DNA of 64,000 bases from Bacteroidaceae bacterium (GTDB lineage: Bacteria > Bacteroidota > Bacteroidia > Bacteroidales > Bacteroidaceae): the NCBI GenBank assembly GCA_017470425.1, contig JAFUYT010000026.1, forward strand, positions 54,291-118,290, written 5' to 3'. A program made the translations under genes and the position numbers. Positions 11,817 to 21,759 of this stretch are shown in pieces (the first letter of the stretch is position 1; each line of letters opens with the position of its first letter). Below the pieces are notes generated by a model. That model was not told the DNA's origin, did not search any database, and saw only the letters and a list, made by a program, of their open reading frames with translations.

Positions 11817-11878
11817 TGTCTCACGCGTGAGACACATTTGTCTCACCTGTGAGACACAACTGTCTCACGCGTGAGACA
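11817..11878. repeat. Three 18-bp palindromes (TGTCTCAC-NN-GTGAGACA) spaced exactly 22 bp apart
   Basis: Units at 11817-11834, 11839-11856 and 11861-11878. Units 1 and 3 are identical perfect palindromes. A related triplet lies at 47764-47825. Confidence 0.85.
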
Positions 11879-11930
11879 GCCACAGCCTTTTGGCATAATT
11901 GCTAGCAAAATCGATATAAAACCGTCACCA

Positions 11931-12007
11931 CCCTCACCTGCCGTCACCCGAACCCTCACCTGCCGTCACCCGAACCCTCACCTGCCGTCACCCGAACCCT
12001 CACCTCG
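11931..12007. repeat. 22-bp tandem repeat (CCCTCACCTGCCGTCACCCGAA), about 3.5 copies
   Basis: Identical units start at 11931, 11953 and 11975, with a partial fourth. The array is bracketed by inverted AAACCGTCACC (about 11919) and GGTGACGGTTT (about 12041-12058). Confidence 0.85.
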
Positions 12008-12076
12008 AAACGTACGCGTTATCAGCGTGTTATCTCTAAAGGTGACGGTTTGACGGTTTATAATAGAAAATTTCCT

Positions 12077-12114
12077 AAGACAAAAGTCCCGCCGATTGGC
12101 AGGACTTTTGTCTT
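12077..12114 (-). terminator. Terminator hairpin downstream of valS
   Basis: 13-bp arms AAGACAAAAGTCC / GGACTTTTGTCTT with an inner GCC/GGC extension, 20 nt after the valS stop. Confidence 0.65.
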
Positions 12115-12133
12115 GGGGTGTGTTGATGCGGGT

Positions 12134-15052
12134 TTATAGGCTCGCGAGTGTCTCGCGGATGGAGGCGATCTTCTGCTGGGCATCGGCCTGCTTCTTGCGC
12201 TCCATCTCAACGACGGCGGCGGGGGCGTTCTGCACGAAGCGTTCGTTGCTGAGCTTCTTCTCGATAGAAACGAGGAAGCTTTCGATGCGCTGGAGCTCGC
12301 CTTCGAGCTTCTTGCGCTCTGCCTCCACATCGATGAGGTCGCCGAGAGGTACGGCATACTCATTGGTACCGATGAGGAAGCTGACGCTGCCCTTGGACTT
12401 CTCCGCGACAACGTTGACAGCAGAGAGGTTGGCCATCTTCATGAGGGCATCCACGCCGCTCTGCGGCAGCGGGTGCTGGTCGGCGGCATCCACGACTTCG
12501 AGCGTGAGTTTCTCTTTGGGAGCGATGTTCTTCTGCGAGCGCACGGCACGGACGTTGGTGACGATCTCCTTCAGTTCATCCACGGCGGCGCAGAGCTGCT
12601 GGTCGTACTCTGTGGAGGCGGCCACATGCAGCTCGGAGCGCATGATGCTCTCGCCCGGCTGGCGGTCGTAGAGGGCCTGCCAGAGTTCCTCGGTGATGAA
12701 GGGCATGAAGGGGTGCAGCATCTTCAGCAGCACCTCGAAGAACTGGAGCGTCGCATCGTAGGTGGCGCGGTCTATGGGTTGCGGCTTGCCATCCACGTAG
12801 GCAGGCTTGATCATCTCAAGATACCAGCTGGAGAACTCGTCCCAGAAGAGCTTATAAACGGTCATGAGGGCTTCGGAGAGGCGGTACTTCGAGAAGTCGT
12901 CGGCCAGCTCCTCGGCGGCGAGGCGCAGCTTGGCGGCGAACCAGTTGGTGGCAAGGGAGGCCCCGCTCCCCGCTCCCCCCGTGGGGGGAAGAGCCGCCGA
13001 GCCTATGTTATCTTTTCCTCCAGAGGATAGGGAATCCTCCCCCCCACGGGGGGAGTTAGAGAGGGGCTGTACCTCCCACCCCTTGACCAATCGGAAGGCG
13101 TTCCAGATCTTGTTGTTGAAGTTGCGACCCTGCTCGCAGAGGCTCTCGTCGAAGAGGATATCGTTGCCGGCAGGGGCACTGAGCATCATACCCATGCGGA
13201 CACCGTCGGCACCGAAGCGGTCGATGAGGTCGAGCGGGTCGGGGCTGTTGCCCAGAGACTTGGACATCTTGCGGCCGAGCTTATCGCGCACGATACCTGT
13301 GAAATAAACGTGCTTGAACGGCATCTTGCCTTCGTACTCATAGCCTGCCATGATCATGCGGGCCACCCAGAAGAAGATGATGTCCGGGCCTGTCACCAGG
13401 TCGGCGGTGGGGTAGTAATACTTGATTTCCTCGTTGCCGGGGTTGCGGATGCCGTCGAAGAGGCTGATGGGCCAGAGCCATGAGCTGAACCAGGTGTCGA
13501 GGGCGTCCTCGTCCTGACGCAGGTCGGCAAGCTGCAGGTCGGCCTTGCCGCTCTTCTCGCGTGCCAAGGGCAGGGCTTCGTCGATATTCATGGCCACGAC
13601 GAAATCCTCCATGGGGAAGGTCCATTCGTCGCCCAGACGGGAGAGCTGCTCGGGCTTGAGGCTGCGGTTGCAGCTCACCTCACGTGCCTTGGCCAGGGCC
13701 TCACGCTCGTCTGCCGCCTGCACACGGCCTTCTGTGGCGTAGTAGTAGGCAGGGATGCGATGACCCCACCAGAGCTGGCGGCTGATGCACCAGTCCTGGA
13801 TATTGGAGAGCCAGTTCTTGTACGTGTTGACGTACTTCTCAGGATAGAAGCGCAACTCGCCGTTCAGCACCGGCGGGAGAGCGATGTCAGCAAAGTGCTG
13901 CATCCGCAGGAAGAACTGCAGACACAGACGCGGCTCCACAGCCGTATCTGGGTTGCGCTCGGAATAGCCGACCTTGTTGTCATAGTCTTCCACCTTCTCC
14001 ATCAGCCCGGCAGCTTCCAAGTCGATAGCAATCTGTTTGCGGCAGACCATGCGATCCATGCCCACGTAGAGCGGGCTCTCGTCGGAGATGGTGGCATCCG
14101 GGTTGAAGATGTCGATGGTCTCCAGGTGATGGGTCTTGCCGAGCATGTTGTCGTTCTTGTCGTGAGCAGGTGTCACCTTCAGACAGCCTGTACCGAACTC
14201 GATTTCCACGTAACGGTCCTCGATGACAGGTATCTCACGCCCCACGAGCGGCACAATCACCTTACGCCCCTTCAGCCACTGGTTCTTCGGATCCTTGGGG
14301 TTGATGCACATGGCCGTATCACCCATGATGGTCTCGGGGCGCGTGGTGGCCACGACGGCGTAATATCCTTTCTGGTCCTTATGAATCACGTTGCCGTCGG
14401 CTTTCAACGCCTCCTCGTTGTCCAGACGTTCAAGACCTACGACATAATACTTTAAGTAATACAGCTTCGACTTCTCTTCCTTATAGACCACCTCCTCGTC
14501 GCTGATGGCCGTCAGCGCCTTGGGGTCCCAGTTGACCATGCGGACATCGCGGTAGATGAGGCCCTTGCGGTAGAGATCGACGAAGACGCGGATGACGCTC
14601 TCGCTGCGGGGCTCGTCCATCGTGAAAGCGGTGCGGTCCCAGTCGCAGGAGCAACCCAGCTTGCGTAGCTGCTTGAGGATGATGCCGCCGTGCTCCTCGG
14701 TCCATGCCCAGGCGTGCTTGAGGAACTCTTCGCGGGTGAGGTCAGTCTTCTTGATGCCCTGCTCTGCGAGCCGTCTGACCACCTTCGCCTCGGTGGCGAT
14801 GCTGGCGTGGTCGGTGCCCGGCACCCAGCAGGCGTTCTTGCCCTCCATGCGGGCGTGGCGCACGAGGATATCCTGAATGGTCTCGTTCAGCACGTGTCCC
14901 ATGTGGAGAACACCCGTCACGTTGGGGGGCGGGATGACGACGGTGTAAGGCTCGCGGCCGTCGGGCTTCGAGCTGAACAGCTTGTTATCTAACCAGTACT
15001 GGTACCATTTCCCCTCCACTTCGGAGGGAGAATACTTACTACTTATTTCCAT
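12134..15052 (-). CDS. valS: Valine--tRNA ligase
   Basis: 972 aa with a HIGH-type motif (VLHMGHVLN), a KMSKS motif (RKMSKSLGN) and a C-terminal coiled coil. It contains an in-frame repeat-element insertion (see 12959-13067). Confidence 0.96.
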   Translation of the reverse strand: MEISSKYSPSEVEGKWYQYWLDNKLFSSKPDGREPYTVVIPPPNVTGVLHMGHVLNETIQDILVRHARMEGKNACWVPGTDHASIATEAKVVRRLAEQGIKKTDLTREEFLKHAWAWTEEHGGIILKQLRKLGCSCDWDRTAFTMDEPRSESVIRVFVDLYRKGLIYRDVRMVNWDPKALTAISDEEVVYKEEKSKLYYLKYYVVGLERLDNEEALKADGNVIHKDQKGYYAVVATTRPETIMGDTAMCINPKDPKNQWLKGRKVIVPLVGREIPVIEDRYVEIEFGTGCLKVTPAHDKNDNMLGKTHHLETIDIFNPDATISDESPLYVGMDRMVCRKQIAIDLEAAGLMEKVEDYDNKVGYSERNPDTAVEPRLCLQFFLRMQHFADIALPPVLNGELRFYPEKYVNTYKNWLSNIQDWCISRQLWWGHRIPAYYYATEGRVQAADEREALAKAREVSCNRSLKPEQLSRLGDEWTFPMEDFVVAMNIDEALPLAREKSGKADLQLADLRQDEDALDTWFSSWLWPISLFDGIRNPGNEEIKYYYPTADLVTGPDIIFFWVARMIMAGYEYEGKMPFKHVYFTGIVRDKLGRKMSKSLGNSPDPLDLIDRFGADGVRMGMMLSAPAGNDILFDESLCEQGRNFNNKIWNAFRLVKGWEVQPLSNSPRGGEDSLSSGGKDNIGSAALPPTGGAGSGASLATNWFAAKLRLAAEELADDFSKYRLSEALMTVYKLFWDEFSSWYLEMIKPAYVDGKPQPIDRATYDATLQFFEVLLKMLHPFMPFITEELWQALYDRQPGESIMRSELHVAASTEYDQQLCAAVDELKEIVTNVRAVRSQKNIAPKEKLTLEVVDAADQHPLPQSGVDALMKMANLSAVNVVAEKSKGSVSFLIGTNEYAVPLGDLIDVEAERKKLEGELQRIESFLVSIEKKLSNERFVQNAPAAVVEMERKKQADAQQKIASIRETLASL
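12959..13067. mobile_element. MITE-like palindromic element (about 110 bp) inserted in frame within valS
   Basis: Near-identical to 15515-15623. Imperfect terminal inverted repeats of about 30 bp each contain CCCCCC-GT/AC-GGGGGG hairpins. It is translated as [29 protein letters not shown]. Confidence 0.8.
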
Positions 15053-15055
15053 ATA

Positions 15056-15943
15056 TTATTCTTGTTTCTTTGCTTCGTTCCAAATCTCATCCATCTCAGC
15101 CAGTGTCATCTCGGTGAGCGGCTTGCCGATGCGGATGCTGTGCTCTTCCAGGTAGGTGAAGCGGCGGATGAACTTGCGGTTCGTGAGTTCCAGGGCGTTG
15201 TCGGGGTTGAGCTTGTAGAGGCGTGCGGCGTTGATGACGGCGAAGAGGAAGTCACCCAGCTCCTGGGTGCTCTTCTCCTTGTCGTCGCGGTTCAGTTCCA
15301 CCTCCAGCTCGGCCAGCTCCTCGTGTACCTTATCCCACACCTGCTCGCGTGTCTCCCAGTCGAAGCCCACGCCGCGGGCCTTGTCCTGGATGCGGTAGGC
15401 CTTGATGAGTGAGGGCAGGGCATCAGGTACACCGCTGAGCACACGCTTGTTGCCGTCTTTCTCCTTCACCTTCAGCTGTTCCCAGTTCTTGAGAACCTGA
15501 TCCACGGAAGGGGCGGCCCCGCTCCCCGCTCCCCCCGTGGGGGGAAGAGCCGCCGAGCCTGTGTTATCTCTTTCTCTATAGGATAGGGAGTCCTCCCCCC
15601 CACGGGGGGAGTTAGAGAGGGGCTTTGGTGGATACACATGCGGATGCCTGTAGATCAACTTATCGCAGAGCTTGTTGCAGACGTCGGCGATGTCGAAATC
15701 GCCCGTCTCGGAGCCGATCTTGGCGTAGAAGACGATGTGGAGGAGCACATCGCCGAGCTCCTTGCAGATCTCCGCCTTGTCGTCGCGGATGAGGGCGTCG
15801 GCCAGCTCGTAGGTCTCCTCAATGGTGTTCGGACGCAGGCTTTCGTTGGTCTGCTTGCGGTCCCACGGACACTTCTCGCGGAGGTCATCCATGATGTCGA
15901 GTAGCCGCCCGAACGCCGCTATTTTTTCTTCTCGTGTATGCAT
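15056..15943 (-). CDS. mazG: Nucleoside triphosphate pyrophosphohydrolase MazG
   Basis: MazG motifs (CPWDRKQT, EETYELADAL) and a tandem MazG-domain layout. The start is moved to MHTREEK (ATG complement 15941-15943). The gene ends 3 nt before the valS start. It contains the same in-frame element. Confidence 0.88.
   Translation of the reverse strand: MHTREEKIAAFGRLLDIMDDLREKCPWDRKQTNESLRPNTIEETYELADALIRDDKAEICKELGDVLLHIVFYAKIGSETGDFDIADVCNKLCDKLIYRHPHVYPPKPLSNSPRGGEDSLSYRERDNTGSAALPPTGGAGSGAAPSVDQVLKNWEQLKVKEKDGNKRVLSGVPDALPSLIKAYRIQDKARGVGFDWETREQVWDKVHEELAELEVELNRDDKEKSTQELGDFLFAVINAARLYKLNPDNALELTNRKFIRRFTYLEEHSIRIGKPLTEMTLAEMDEIWNEAKKQE
15515..15623. mobile_element. Second copy of the MITE-like palindromic element, in frame within mazG
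   Basis: Same orientation and same reading frame as the valS copy. The arms are identical and the central roughly 30 bp diverge. Confidence 0.8.
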
Positions 15944-15962
15944 ACGTGTAAGAATTTGGGCG

Positions 15963-15970
15963 CAAAGGTA
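15963..15970 (-). promoter_or_regulatory. -7 promoter box TACCTTTG (minus strand) upstream of mazG-valS
   Basis: Plus-strand CAAAGGTA, 20 nt upstream of the mazG ATG. Confidence 0.5.
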
Positions 15971-16157
15971 GTAATTTCTATTCAAATACGCGTCAAAAAC
16001 GGCCATCATTTTTCGTGCAGAGTGTAATGGAGAATAATTTTCTGCGAAAGCACGGTAAATCCCATCCTCGCGTAAAACGGTTCTCCCTTTTTCCTGTTAT
16101 TGTAGTTTTGTTTTCTTTCTTTGTAATTGATGCTTGGAAGATATGCCTAAAAGTCCG

Positions 16158-16165
16158 TACCTTTG
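16158..16165 (+). promoter_or_regulatory. -7 promoter box TACCTTTG upstream of the O-acetylhomoserine sulfhydrylase gene
   Basis: Exact TAnnTTTG match. It is embedded in a 26-nt block (16145-16170) that is nearly identical to 23168-23193. Confidence 0.55.
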
Positions 16166-16221
16166 CAGCGGATTTCCAAAGAAAAGACTTAATTCATATT
16201 CAACTTAAAAATACTACAACT

Positions 16222-17514
16222 ATGGCAACAGACAAGAAATTCCGCTTTGAGACGCTCCAGCTGCATGTTGGACAAGAGCAACCCGATCCCGCTACCGACG
16301 CCCGCGCGGTACCTATTTATCAGACGACCTCCTACGTCTTCCGCAACTCACAGCACGCTGCCGACCGCTTCGGCCTGCGCGACCCGGGGAATATCTACGG
16401 CCGTCTGACCAACTCCACACAGGGCGTCTTCGAAGACCGTGTGGCTGCCCTCGAAGGCGGCGTGGCAGGACTGGCAGTGGCCAGCGGTGCCGCTGCTGTG
16501 ACCTACGCCCTGCAGAACATCGCGCAGGCCGGTGACCATATCGTAGCAGCCGACGACCTCTACGGCGGCAGCTTCAACCTCATCACCCACACCCTCGCCA
16601 CGCAGGGCATCTCGAACACCATCGTGCACGTCAACGACCTCGAAGCCCTGGAAGCTGCGATACAACCCAACACAAAAGCGATATACGCCGAGACCTTCGG
16701 CAATCCCAACTCTGGCGTCACCGACATCGAAGGCGTCGCTGCCGTGGCACACAAGCACGGCATCCCCTTCATCATCGACAACACGTTCGGCACACCCTAT
16801 CTGATCCGGCCCATCGAGCACGGCGCCGACATCGTCGTGCACTCCGCCACGAAGTTCCTGGGCGGCCACGGCAGCTCCCTCGGCGGCGTCATCGTGGATG
16901 GCGGTACCTTCGACTGGAAGGCCAATCCGGATAAGTTCCCGACACTGGCGAAGCCCGATCCCTCCTATCATGGCGCGGTCTTCGCTGACGTGGCAGGCGC
17001 TGCTGCCTTCGTCACCCGCATCCGTGCGGTGATTCTGCGCGACACGGGCGCTGCCATCTCACCCTTCAATGCGTTCATCCTGCTACAGGGCGTCGAGACG
17101 TTGTCACTGCGCGTGGAACGCCACGTGGAGAACGCTCTGAAAGTGGTTGATTTCCTGCAGCGGCACCCGAAGGTGGCAAAGGTGAATCACCCCTCCCTCG
17201 CCGACCACCCCGACCACGCTCTCTACCAGAAGTACTACCCGCAGGGCGGCGGCAGCATCTTCACCTTCGAGGTCAAGGGCGGACAGGAAGAGGCTTGGAA
17301 GTTCATCGATGCCCTCCAGATCTTCTCGCTGCTGGCCAATGTGGCCGACGTGAAGAGCCTCGTCATCCATCCCTATACCACCACCCACTCGCAGATGAGC
17401 CCCGAGGAGCTGGAAGAGCAGCACATCACACCTGCCACCGTGCGCCTGAGCATCGGCACCGAGCACATCGATGACATCCTCGAAGACATCGCACAAGCGC
17501 TCGATAAGATTTAA
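16222..17514 (+). CDS. metY: O-acetylhomoserine aminocarboxypropyltransferase / sulfhydrylase (PLP-dependent)
   Basis: Cys/Met-metabolism PLP family ([44 protein letters not shown]). The start is moved to MATDKK at 16222. Confidence 0.88.
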   Translation: MATDKKFRFETLQLHVGQEQPDPATDARAVPIYQTTSYVFRNSQHAADRFGLRDPGNIYGRLTNSTQGVFEDRVAALEGGVAGLAVASGAAAVTYALQNIAQAGDHIVAADDLYGGSFNLITHTLATQGISNTIVHVNDLEALEAAIQPNTKAIYAETFGNPNSGVTDIEGVAAVAHKHGIPFIIDNTFGTPYLIRPIEHGADIVVHSATKFLGGHGSSLGGVIVDGGTFDWKANPDKFPTLAKPDPSYHGAVFADVAGAAAFVTRIRAVILRDTGAAISPFNAFILLQGVETLSLRVERHVENALKVVDFLQRHPKVAKVNHPSLADHPDHALYQKYYPQGGGSIFTFEVKGGQEEAWKFIDALQIFSLLANVADVKSLVIHPYTTTHSQMSPEELEEQHITPATVRLSIGTEHIDDILEDIAQALDKI

Positions 17515-17543
17515 AATATTGCAAACATAAAATAAACCGCACT

Positions 17544-18491
17544 ATGCCACACATCGCAAAGCAACTGACAGACCTTATTGGTCGTACTCCCCTCGTGGAG
17601 CTGAATAAATATTCCCAGCTGAAGGGCCTCGCTACGCCCATCATTGCCAAGGTGGAGTTCTTCAACCCCGGCGGCAGTGTGAAGGACCGCATCGCCCTCG
17701 CCATGATCGAGGACGCTGAGCAGCGCGGACTTCTGAAGCCCGGCGCCACCATCATCGAGCCCACCAGCGGCAACACGGGCGTTGGCCTGGCGCTGGTCAG
17801 CGCCGTGAAGGGCTATAAGCTCATCCTGACGATGCCCGAGACGATGAGCGTGGAGCGCCGCAACCTCGTGAAAGCCTATGGCGCCGAGGTGCGCCTGACG
17901 TCCGGCAAGGACGGCATGAAAGGCGCCATCGCCGCCGCTGAGGCGCTGCGCGACAGCATCCCCGGTAGCATCATCCTGCAGCAGTTCGAGAACCCCGCGA
18001 ACCCCGCCAAGCACTACGCCACGACGGGCGTGGAGATCTGGGACGACACCGACGGACAGGTGGATATCTTCGTGGCGGGCGTCGGCACCGGTGGCACCGT
18101 CTCCGGCGTGGGCAAGCGCCTGAAGGAGAAGAACCCGCAGGTGAAGGTCATCGCCGTAGAGCCCAAGGCCAGCGCGGTCCTCAACGGACAGCCCAGTGGG
18201 CCGCATAAGATCCAGGGTATCGGTGCCGGTTTCATCCCCAAGACCTACAACGGCGACATCATCGACGAGGTCTTCGACGTGGAGAACGACGACGCCCTGC
18301 GCACGGGTCGCCAGCTGGCCGCCCAGGAGGGACTCCTCGTGGGTATCTCCGCCGGCGCCGCTGCCTTCGCCGCAGCAGAGGTGGCCAAGCGTCCCGAAAA
18401 CAAAGGCAAGAAGATCGTGGTCCTCTTGCCTGATACGGGTGAGCGCTATTTCTCGACGCAGCTCTATGCCTTCGAGGATTATCCGCTTTAG
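17544..18491 (+). CDS. cysK: Cysteine synthase A
   Basis: PLP-lysine region NPGGSVKDR and the GVGTGGT loop. 315 aa. Confidence 0.92.
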   Translation: MPHIAKQLTDLIGRTPLVELNKYSQLKGLATPIIAKVEFFNPGGSVKDRIALAMIEDAEQRGLLKPGATIIEPTSGNTGVGLALVSAVKGYKLILTMPETMSVERRNLVKAYGAEVRLTSGKDGMKGAIAAAEALRDSIPGSIILQQFENPANPAKHYATTGVEIWDDTDGQVDIFVAGVGTGGTVSGVGKRLKEKNPQVKVIAVEPKASAVLNGQPSGPHKIQGIGAGFIPKTYNGDIIDEVFDVENDDALRTGRQLAAQEGLLVGISAGAAAFAAAEVAKRPENKGKKIVVLLPDTGERYFSTQLYAFEDYPL

Positions 18492-19264
18492 TTCTCGATG
18501 TTCCGGCGAATCCGGGTGAGGTAGGTCGTCATGGCCTCCTCATCGCGGTCGTCGATGATCTGAATGAGTTCCTTCAGCTCCGTGCGGATACGCTCCACCT
18601 TGGGCTTCGTGTGCGGGTTGAACAGTATTTCGCGCAGCAGCGTGTCGTCTTCAGAGAGCACGCCGCGCGCGATTTTCATGTGGCGCTTGAAGGTCGTACC
18701 CGGCGTGTCCTGATGCTTCATGACGGCGGAGAATACGAAGGTCGATACGAAGGGGATGGACAGCGAGTAGGACATCGTCTCGTCGTGCTCCGCGAAGGTC
18801 AGCTCCTTCACGTTCAGCCCCAGACGGGCGTAGAGGTCACGGAAGAAGATGCGACCCATGTAGTCTCCCTCGGAGATGATGATGGCGTTCTCATTGCTGA
18901 GCTGCCCCAGGTTGGCGAAGGTGGGGCCGAACATCGGGTGCGACGAGGCGTAGCGGCGTCCCGTCTGCTCGTAGTATTCCCGGAAGCCGGTCTTGACGCT
19001 GCTGATGTCGGAGAGGATGCAGTCCTTGCCGACATGCGGCAGCAGCTCATCAAACACCTGCAACGTGTATTTCAGCGATACGGCGTTGATGACGAGTTCG
19101 GGATTGAAGGCATCTACCTCGTCGAGCGAGGTGAAGCGCTGGGTGTTGTAGAGGAAGCGCATACGGCGCGGGTCGTTGTCATACACCGCCACTTCGTGGT
19201 CAAACGAAAGCAGGTCCGTGAAGAACGACCCCATCTTGCCGGCGCCGAGGATGAGGATTCGCAT
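18488..19264 (-). CDS. tyrA: Prephenate dehydrogenase
   Basis: N-terminal Rossmann motif ILGAGKMG. It is the last gene of the aromatic operon. Its stop overlaps the cysK stop. Confidence 0.8.
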   Translation of the reverse strand: MRILILGAGKMGSFFTDLLSFDHEVAVYDNDPRRMRFLYNTQRFTSLDEVDAFNPELVINAVSLKYTLQVFDELLPHVGKDCILSDISSVKTGFREYYEQTGRRYASSHPMFGPTFANLGQLSNENAIIISEGDYMGRIFFRDLYARLGLNVKELTFAEHDETMSYSLSIPFVSTFVFSAVMKHQDTPGTTFKRHMKIARGVLSEDDTLLREILFNPHTKPKVERIRTELKELIQIIDDRDEEAMTTYLTRIRRNIEN

Positions 19265-19272
19265 ATCTGTAA

Positions 19273-20340
19273 TTACTTATTCATAATCTCAATCTGCTGC
19301 CGCACACTCTCTTCGTGGATGTGCTCGTAGATGTCGCGGACGAAGTCGGGGCTCATGCCGCAGAGAGCGCCTTGTGCGCCGCGCTTGTCCAGGATCTCGC
19401 TGTAGCGCGTGGTCTGCACGACCGTCATGTTGTGCAGCTTCTTGTACTCTGCAATCTCGCGGCTGACGCGCATACGCTTCGTGAGCAGGTCCATGAGGGC
19501 GTTGTCGAGCTCGTCGATCTGCTTGCGCAGCTGGCTGATGCTCTCGGTGACCTCCATCTCGTCGCGGATGACGAGGCGGTCTAGGATGAAGTCCAGCACC
19601 TCCGGCAGCACCTGTTGCTTGGCGTCGCTCCACGCGCAGTCGGGGTTGCAGTGGCTCTCGATCATCAGGCCGTCCATGCCCAGGTCCATCGCCTGCTGTG
19701 ACAGCGGTGCCACCAGGTCGCGGCGGCCGCCCATGTGGCTGGGGTCGGTGATGATGGGTAGGGTGGGGAAGCGGCGCTTCAGCTCGATGGGCAGGTGCCA
19801 CATCGGCGGGTTGCGGTAGAGCTTGCTGTCGGCGCTGGAGAAGCCGCGGTGGATGGCGCCGAGGCGCTGGATTCCGGCGTTGTTGATGCGCAGGAGGGCA
19901 CCCGTCCACAGTTCGATGTCGGGGTTCACGGGGTTCTTCACCAGCACGGGAACATCCACGCCGCGCAGCGCATCGGCGATGGCCTGCACCGAGAACGGGT
20001 TGGCCGTCGTGCGGGCACCCACCCACAGGATGTCAATGCCCGCCGCGAGGGCGGCCTCCACGTGTTCGGGCGTGGCCACCTCGGTGGCCAGCAGCATACC
20101 TGTCTCTTCCTTCACGCGCTGCATCCAGGGCAGCGCCTCCACGCCTTTACCCTCGAAGCCGCCTGGCTTCGTGCGGGGCTTCCATACGCCGGCGCGGAAG
20201 ATGCGGATGCCGTTGTTGGCCAGTTGGCGCGCGGTGTCCATCACTTGTTCCTCGGTCTCTGCCGAGCACGGCCCTGCAATCACCAGCGGCCGCTTCTGTT
20301 CGATGCCCGGGAGGGCAAGGGGGGAAAGTTCTAAGTCCAT
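19273..20340 (-). CDS. Bifunctional 3-deoxy-7-phosphoheptulonate (DAHP) synthase / chorismate mutase type II
   Basis: Class I-beta DAHPS/KDO8PS-like barrel (VIAGPCSAE, RAGVWKPRT, ITDPSH) plus a C-terminal chorismate-mutase helix region (LRKQIDELDNALMDLLTKRMRVSREIAEYK). Confidence 0.85.
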   Translation of the reverse strand: MDLELSPLALPGIEQKRPLVIAGPCSAETEEQVMDTARQLANNGIRIFRAGVWKPRTKPGGFEGKGVEALPWMQRVKEETGMLLATEVATPEHVEAALAAGIDILWVGARTTANPFSVQAIADALRGVDVPVLVKNPVNPDIELWTGALLRINNAGIQRLGAIHRGFSSADSKLYRNPPMWHLPIELKRRFPTLPIITDPSHMGGRRDLVAPLSQQAMDLGMDGLMIESHCNPDCAWSDAKQQVLPEVLDFILDRLVIRDEMEVTESISQLRKQIDELDNALMDLLTKRMRVSREIAEYKKLHNMTVVQTTRYSEILDKRGAQGALCGMSPDFVRDIYEHIHEESVRQQIEIMNK

Positions 20341-20360
20341 ATAATGAAGATTGTTTTTAG

Positions 20361-20467
20361 TAATTCTTGGTTCTTCTAGGTTCTCCTAGGAACTCCAAGG
20401 TTTTCCTAGGCATTCCTATGTTTTCCTAGGCATTCATAGGTTTTCCTAGGCTGCCTTAGATCCTAGG
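20361..20467. repeat. 10-bp periodic tandem repeat (TTYTCCTAGG-like, about 10 units, five exact CCTAGG sites)
   Basis: Consecutive 10-nt blocks end in AGG or a near variant. CCTAGG occurs at 20385, 20405, 20425, 20445 and 20462. The repeat spans the aminotransferase stop and the spacer before the DAHPS gene. Confidence 0.8.
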
Positions 20468-21759
20468 CTTTGTATCCTTTTGAGCGCCTCGCGCATCCGC
20501 TCCTCCTTGGCGCAGAGCGAGATACGGATGTAGCGGGCGCCGTTGCTGCCGAAGATGAAGCCGGGGGTGATGAAGACGCGTGCCCCGTGGAGCACGCGCT
20601 CCGTAAGCACCTCGACATCGGCGTAGGCATCGGGGATGCGGCCCCACAGGAACATTCCCGTCTGTGCCGGGTCGAAGGTACAGCCCAGCGCTGTCATGAT
20701 TTCCTCGGCGATGTGGCGCCGGCGTCCGTAGGTGACCTCGTTCATCTCGTGGTGCCACTCCTCGCTGTTCGCCGTCAGCGCCTCGGCGGCAGCCAGCTGA
20801 ATGGCGCGGAACGTGCCGTTCTCGACGTTCGTCTTCACCTTCAGGATCCATTGCACAAACTGCGCGTTGGTGCAGAGCATCGCCACGCGCCAGCCTGGCA
20901 TATTGTGCGACTTCGAGAGCGAGTTGAACTCGATACAGCAGTCCTTGGCGCCAGGCACCTGGAGAATGGAGAGCAGGCTCTGATCACTCTGATTATTCAG
21001 ATTACTCTGATTACTCTGATTACTCTGATTACTCTGATTACTCTGATTACTCAGATTATTCAGATTACTCAGATCACTCTGATGATTCTGAGGCCTGATA
21101 AAGCTATACGGATTATCATTCACCACCACGATGGCGTGGCGCTGCGCGAAGGCCACGAGCTGCTCGTAGGTCTCGCGGCGGGCGGGGGCGCCGGTCGGCA
21201 TGTGGGGATAGTTGGACCACAGCAGGCGGATGCGCTTACCCTCGGCGGCGCTCTGCTGCACGAGGGCCTCCAGCTGCTTGAAGTCGGGCTGCCAGCCGCC
21301 CTCGGCTGTGAGGTCGTAGTTGATGACCTCGGCTCCTAACAGGCGCGACAGCGAGGTGTAGGTGGGGTAGCCGGGGTTCGGCACCAGCACGCGGTCGCCG
21401 GGGTTCACGAAGGCCAGGGTGGCGTGCAGGATGCCCTCCTTGGAGCCGATGAGCGGCTGCACCTCTGTGGCTGGATCCAGTTCCACACCGTACCAGCGGC
21501 GGTAGAACGTGGCCATCGCCTGACGCAGCTCCGGCGTGCCCACCGTGGGTTGGTAGCCGTGGCCGTCGGCCTTGCGCGCCTCGCGGCACAGCACCTCGAT
21601 GGTATGCTCCGAGGGCGGCATATCGGGGCTGCCGATAGCCAGCGAGATGATGTCCTTGCCCTCGGCGTTCAGCTGTGCCACCTCCTTCAGCTTGCGGCTG
21701 AAGTAGTATTCCTGTACGAGCGAGAGGCGCTCGGCGGGTTCAAATGCTTTCTTTTCCAT
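20446..21759 (-). CDS. Class I/II PLP-dependent aminotransferase (aromatic/prephenate aminotransferase candidate)
   Basis: PLP-lysine motif SLSKSHNMPGWR and an aromatic-operon context. It carries a 36-aa in-frame microsatellite insertion. Confidence 0.85.
   Translation of the reverse strand: MEKKAFEPAERLSLVQEYYFSRKLKEVAQLNAEGKDIISLAIGSPDMPPSEHTIEVLCREARKADGHGYQPTVGTPELRQAMATFYRRWYGVELDPATEVQPLIGSKEGILHATLAFVNPGDRVLVPNPGYPTYTSLSRLLGAEVINYDLTAEGGWQPDFKQLEALVQQSAAEGKRIRLLWSNYPHMPTGAPARRETYEQLVAFAQRHAIVVVNDNPYSFIRPQNHQSDLSNLNNLSNQSNQSNQSNQSNQSNLNNQSDQSLLSILQVPGAKDCCIEFNSLSKSHNMPGWRVAMLCTNAQFVQWILKVKTNVENGTFRAIQLAAAEALTANSEEWHHEMNEVTYGRRRHIAEEIMTALGCTFDPAQTGMFLWGRIPDAYADVEVLTERVLHGARVFITPGFIFGSNGARYIRISLCAKEERMREALKRIQSLGSKAA
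20982..21089. repeat. 9-bp microsatellite, 12 units, in frame within the aminotransferase
   Basis: GATTACTCT-type units start every 9 bp from 20982 to 21081. They are translated on the minus strand as SNQ/SNL-type triplets (..SNLNNLSNQSNQSNQSNQSNQSNLNNQSDQS..). Confidence 0.9.
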
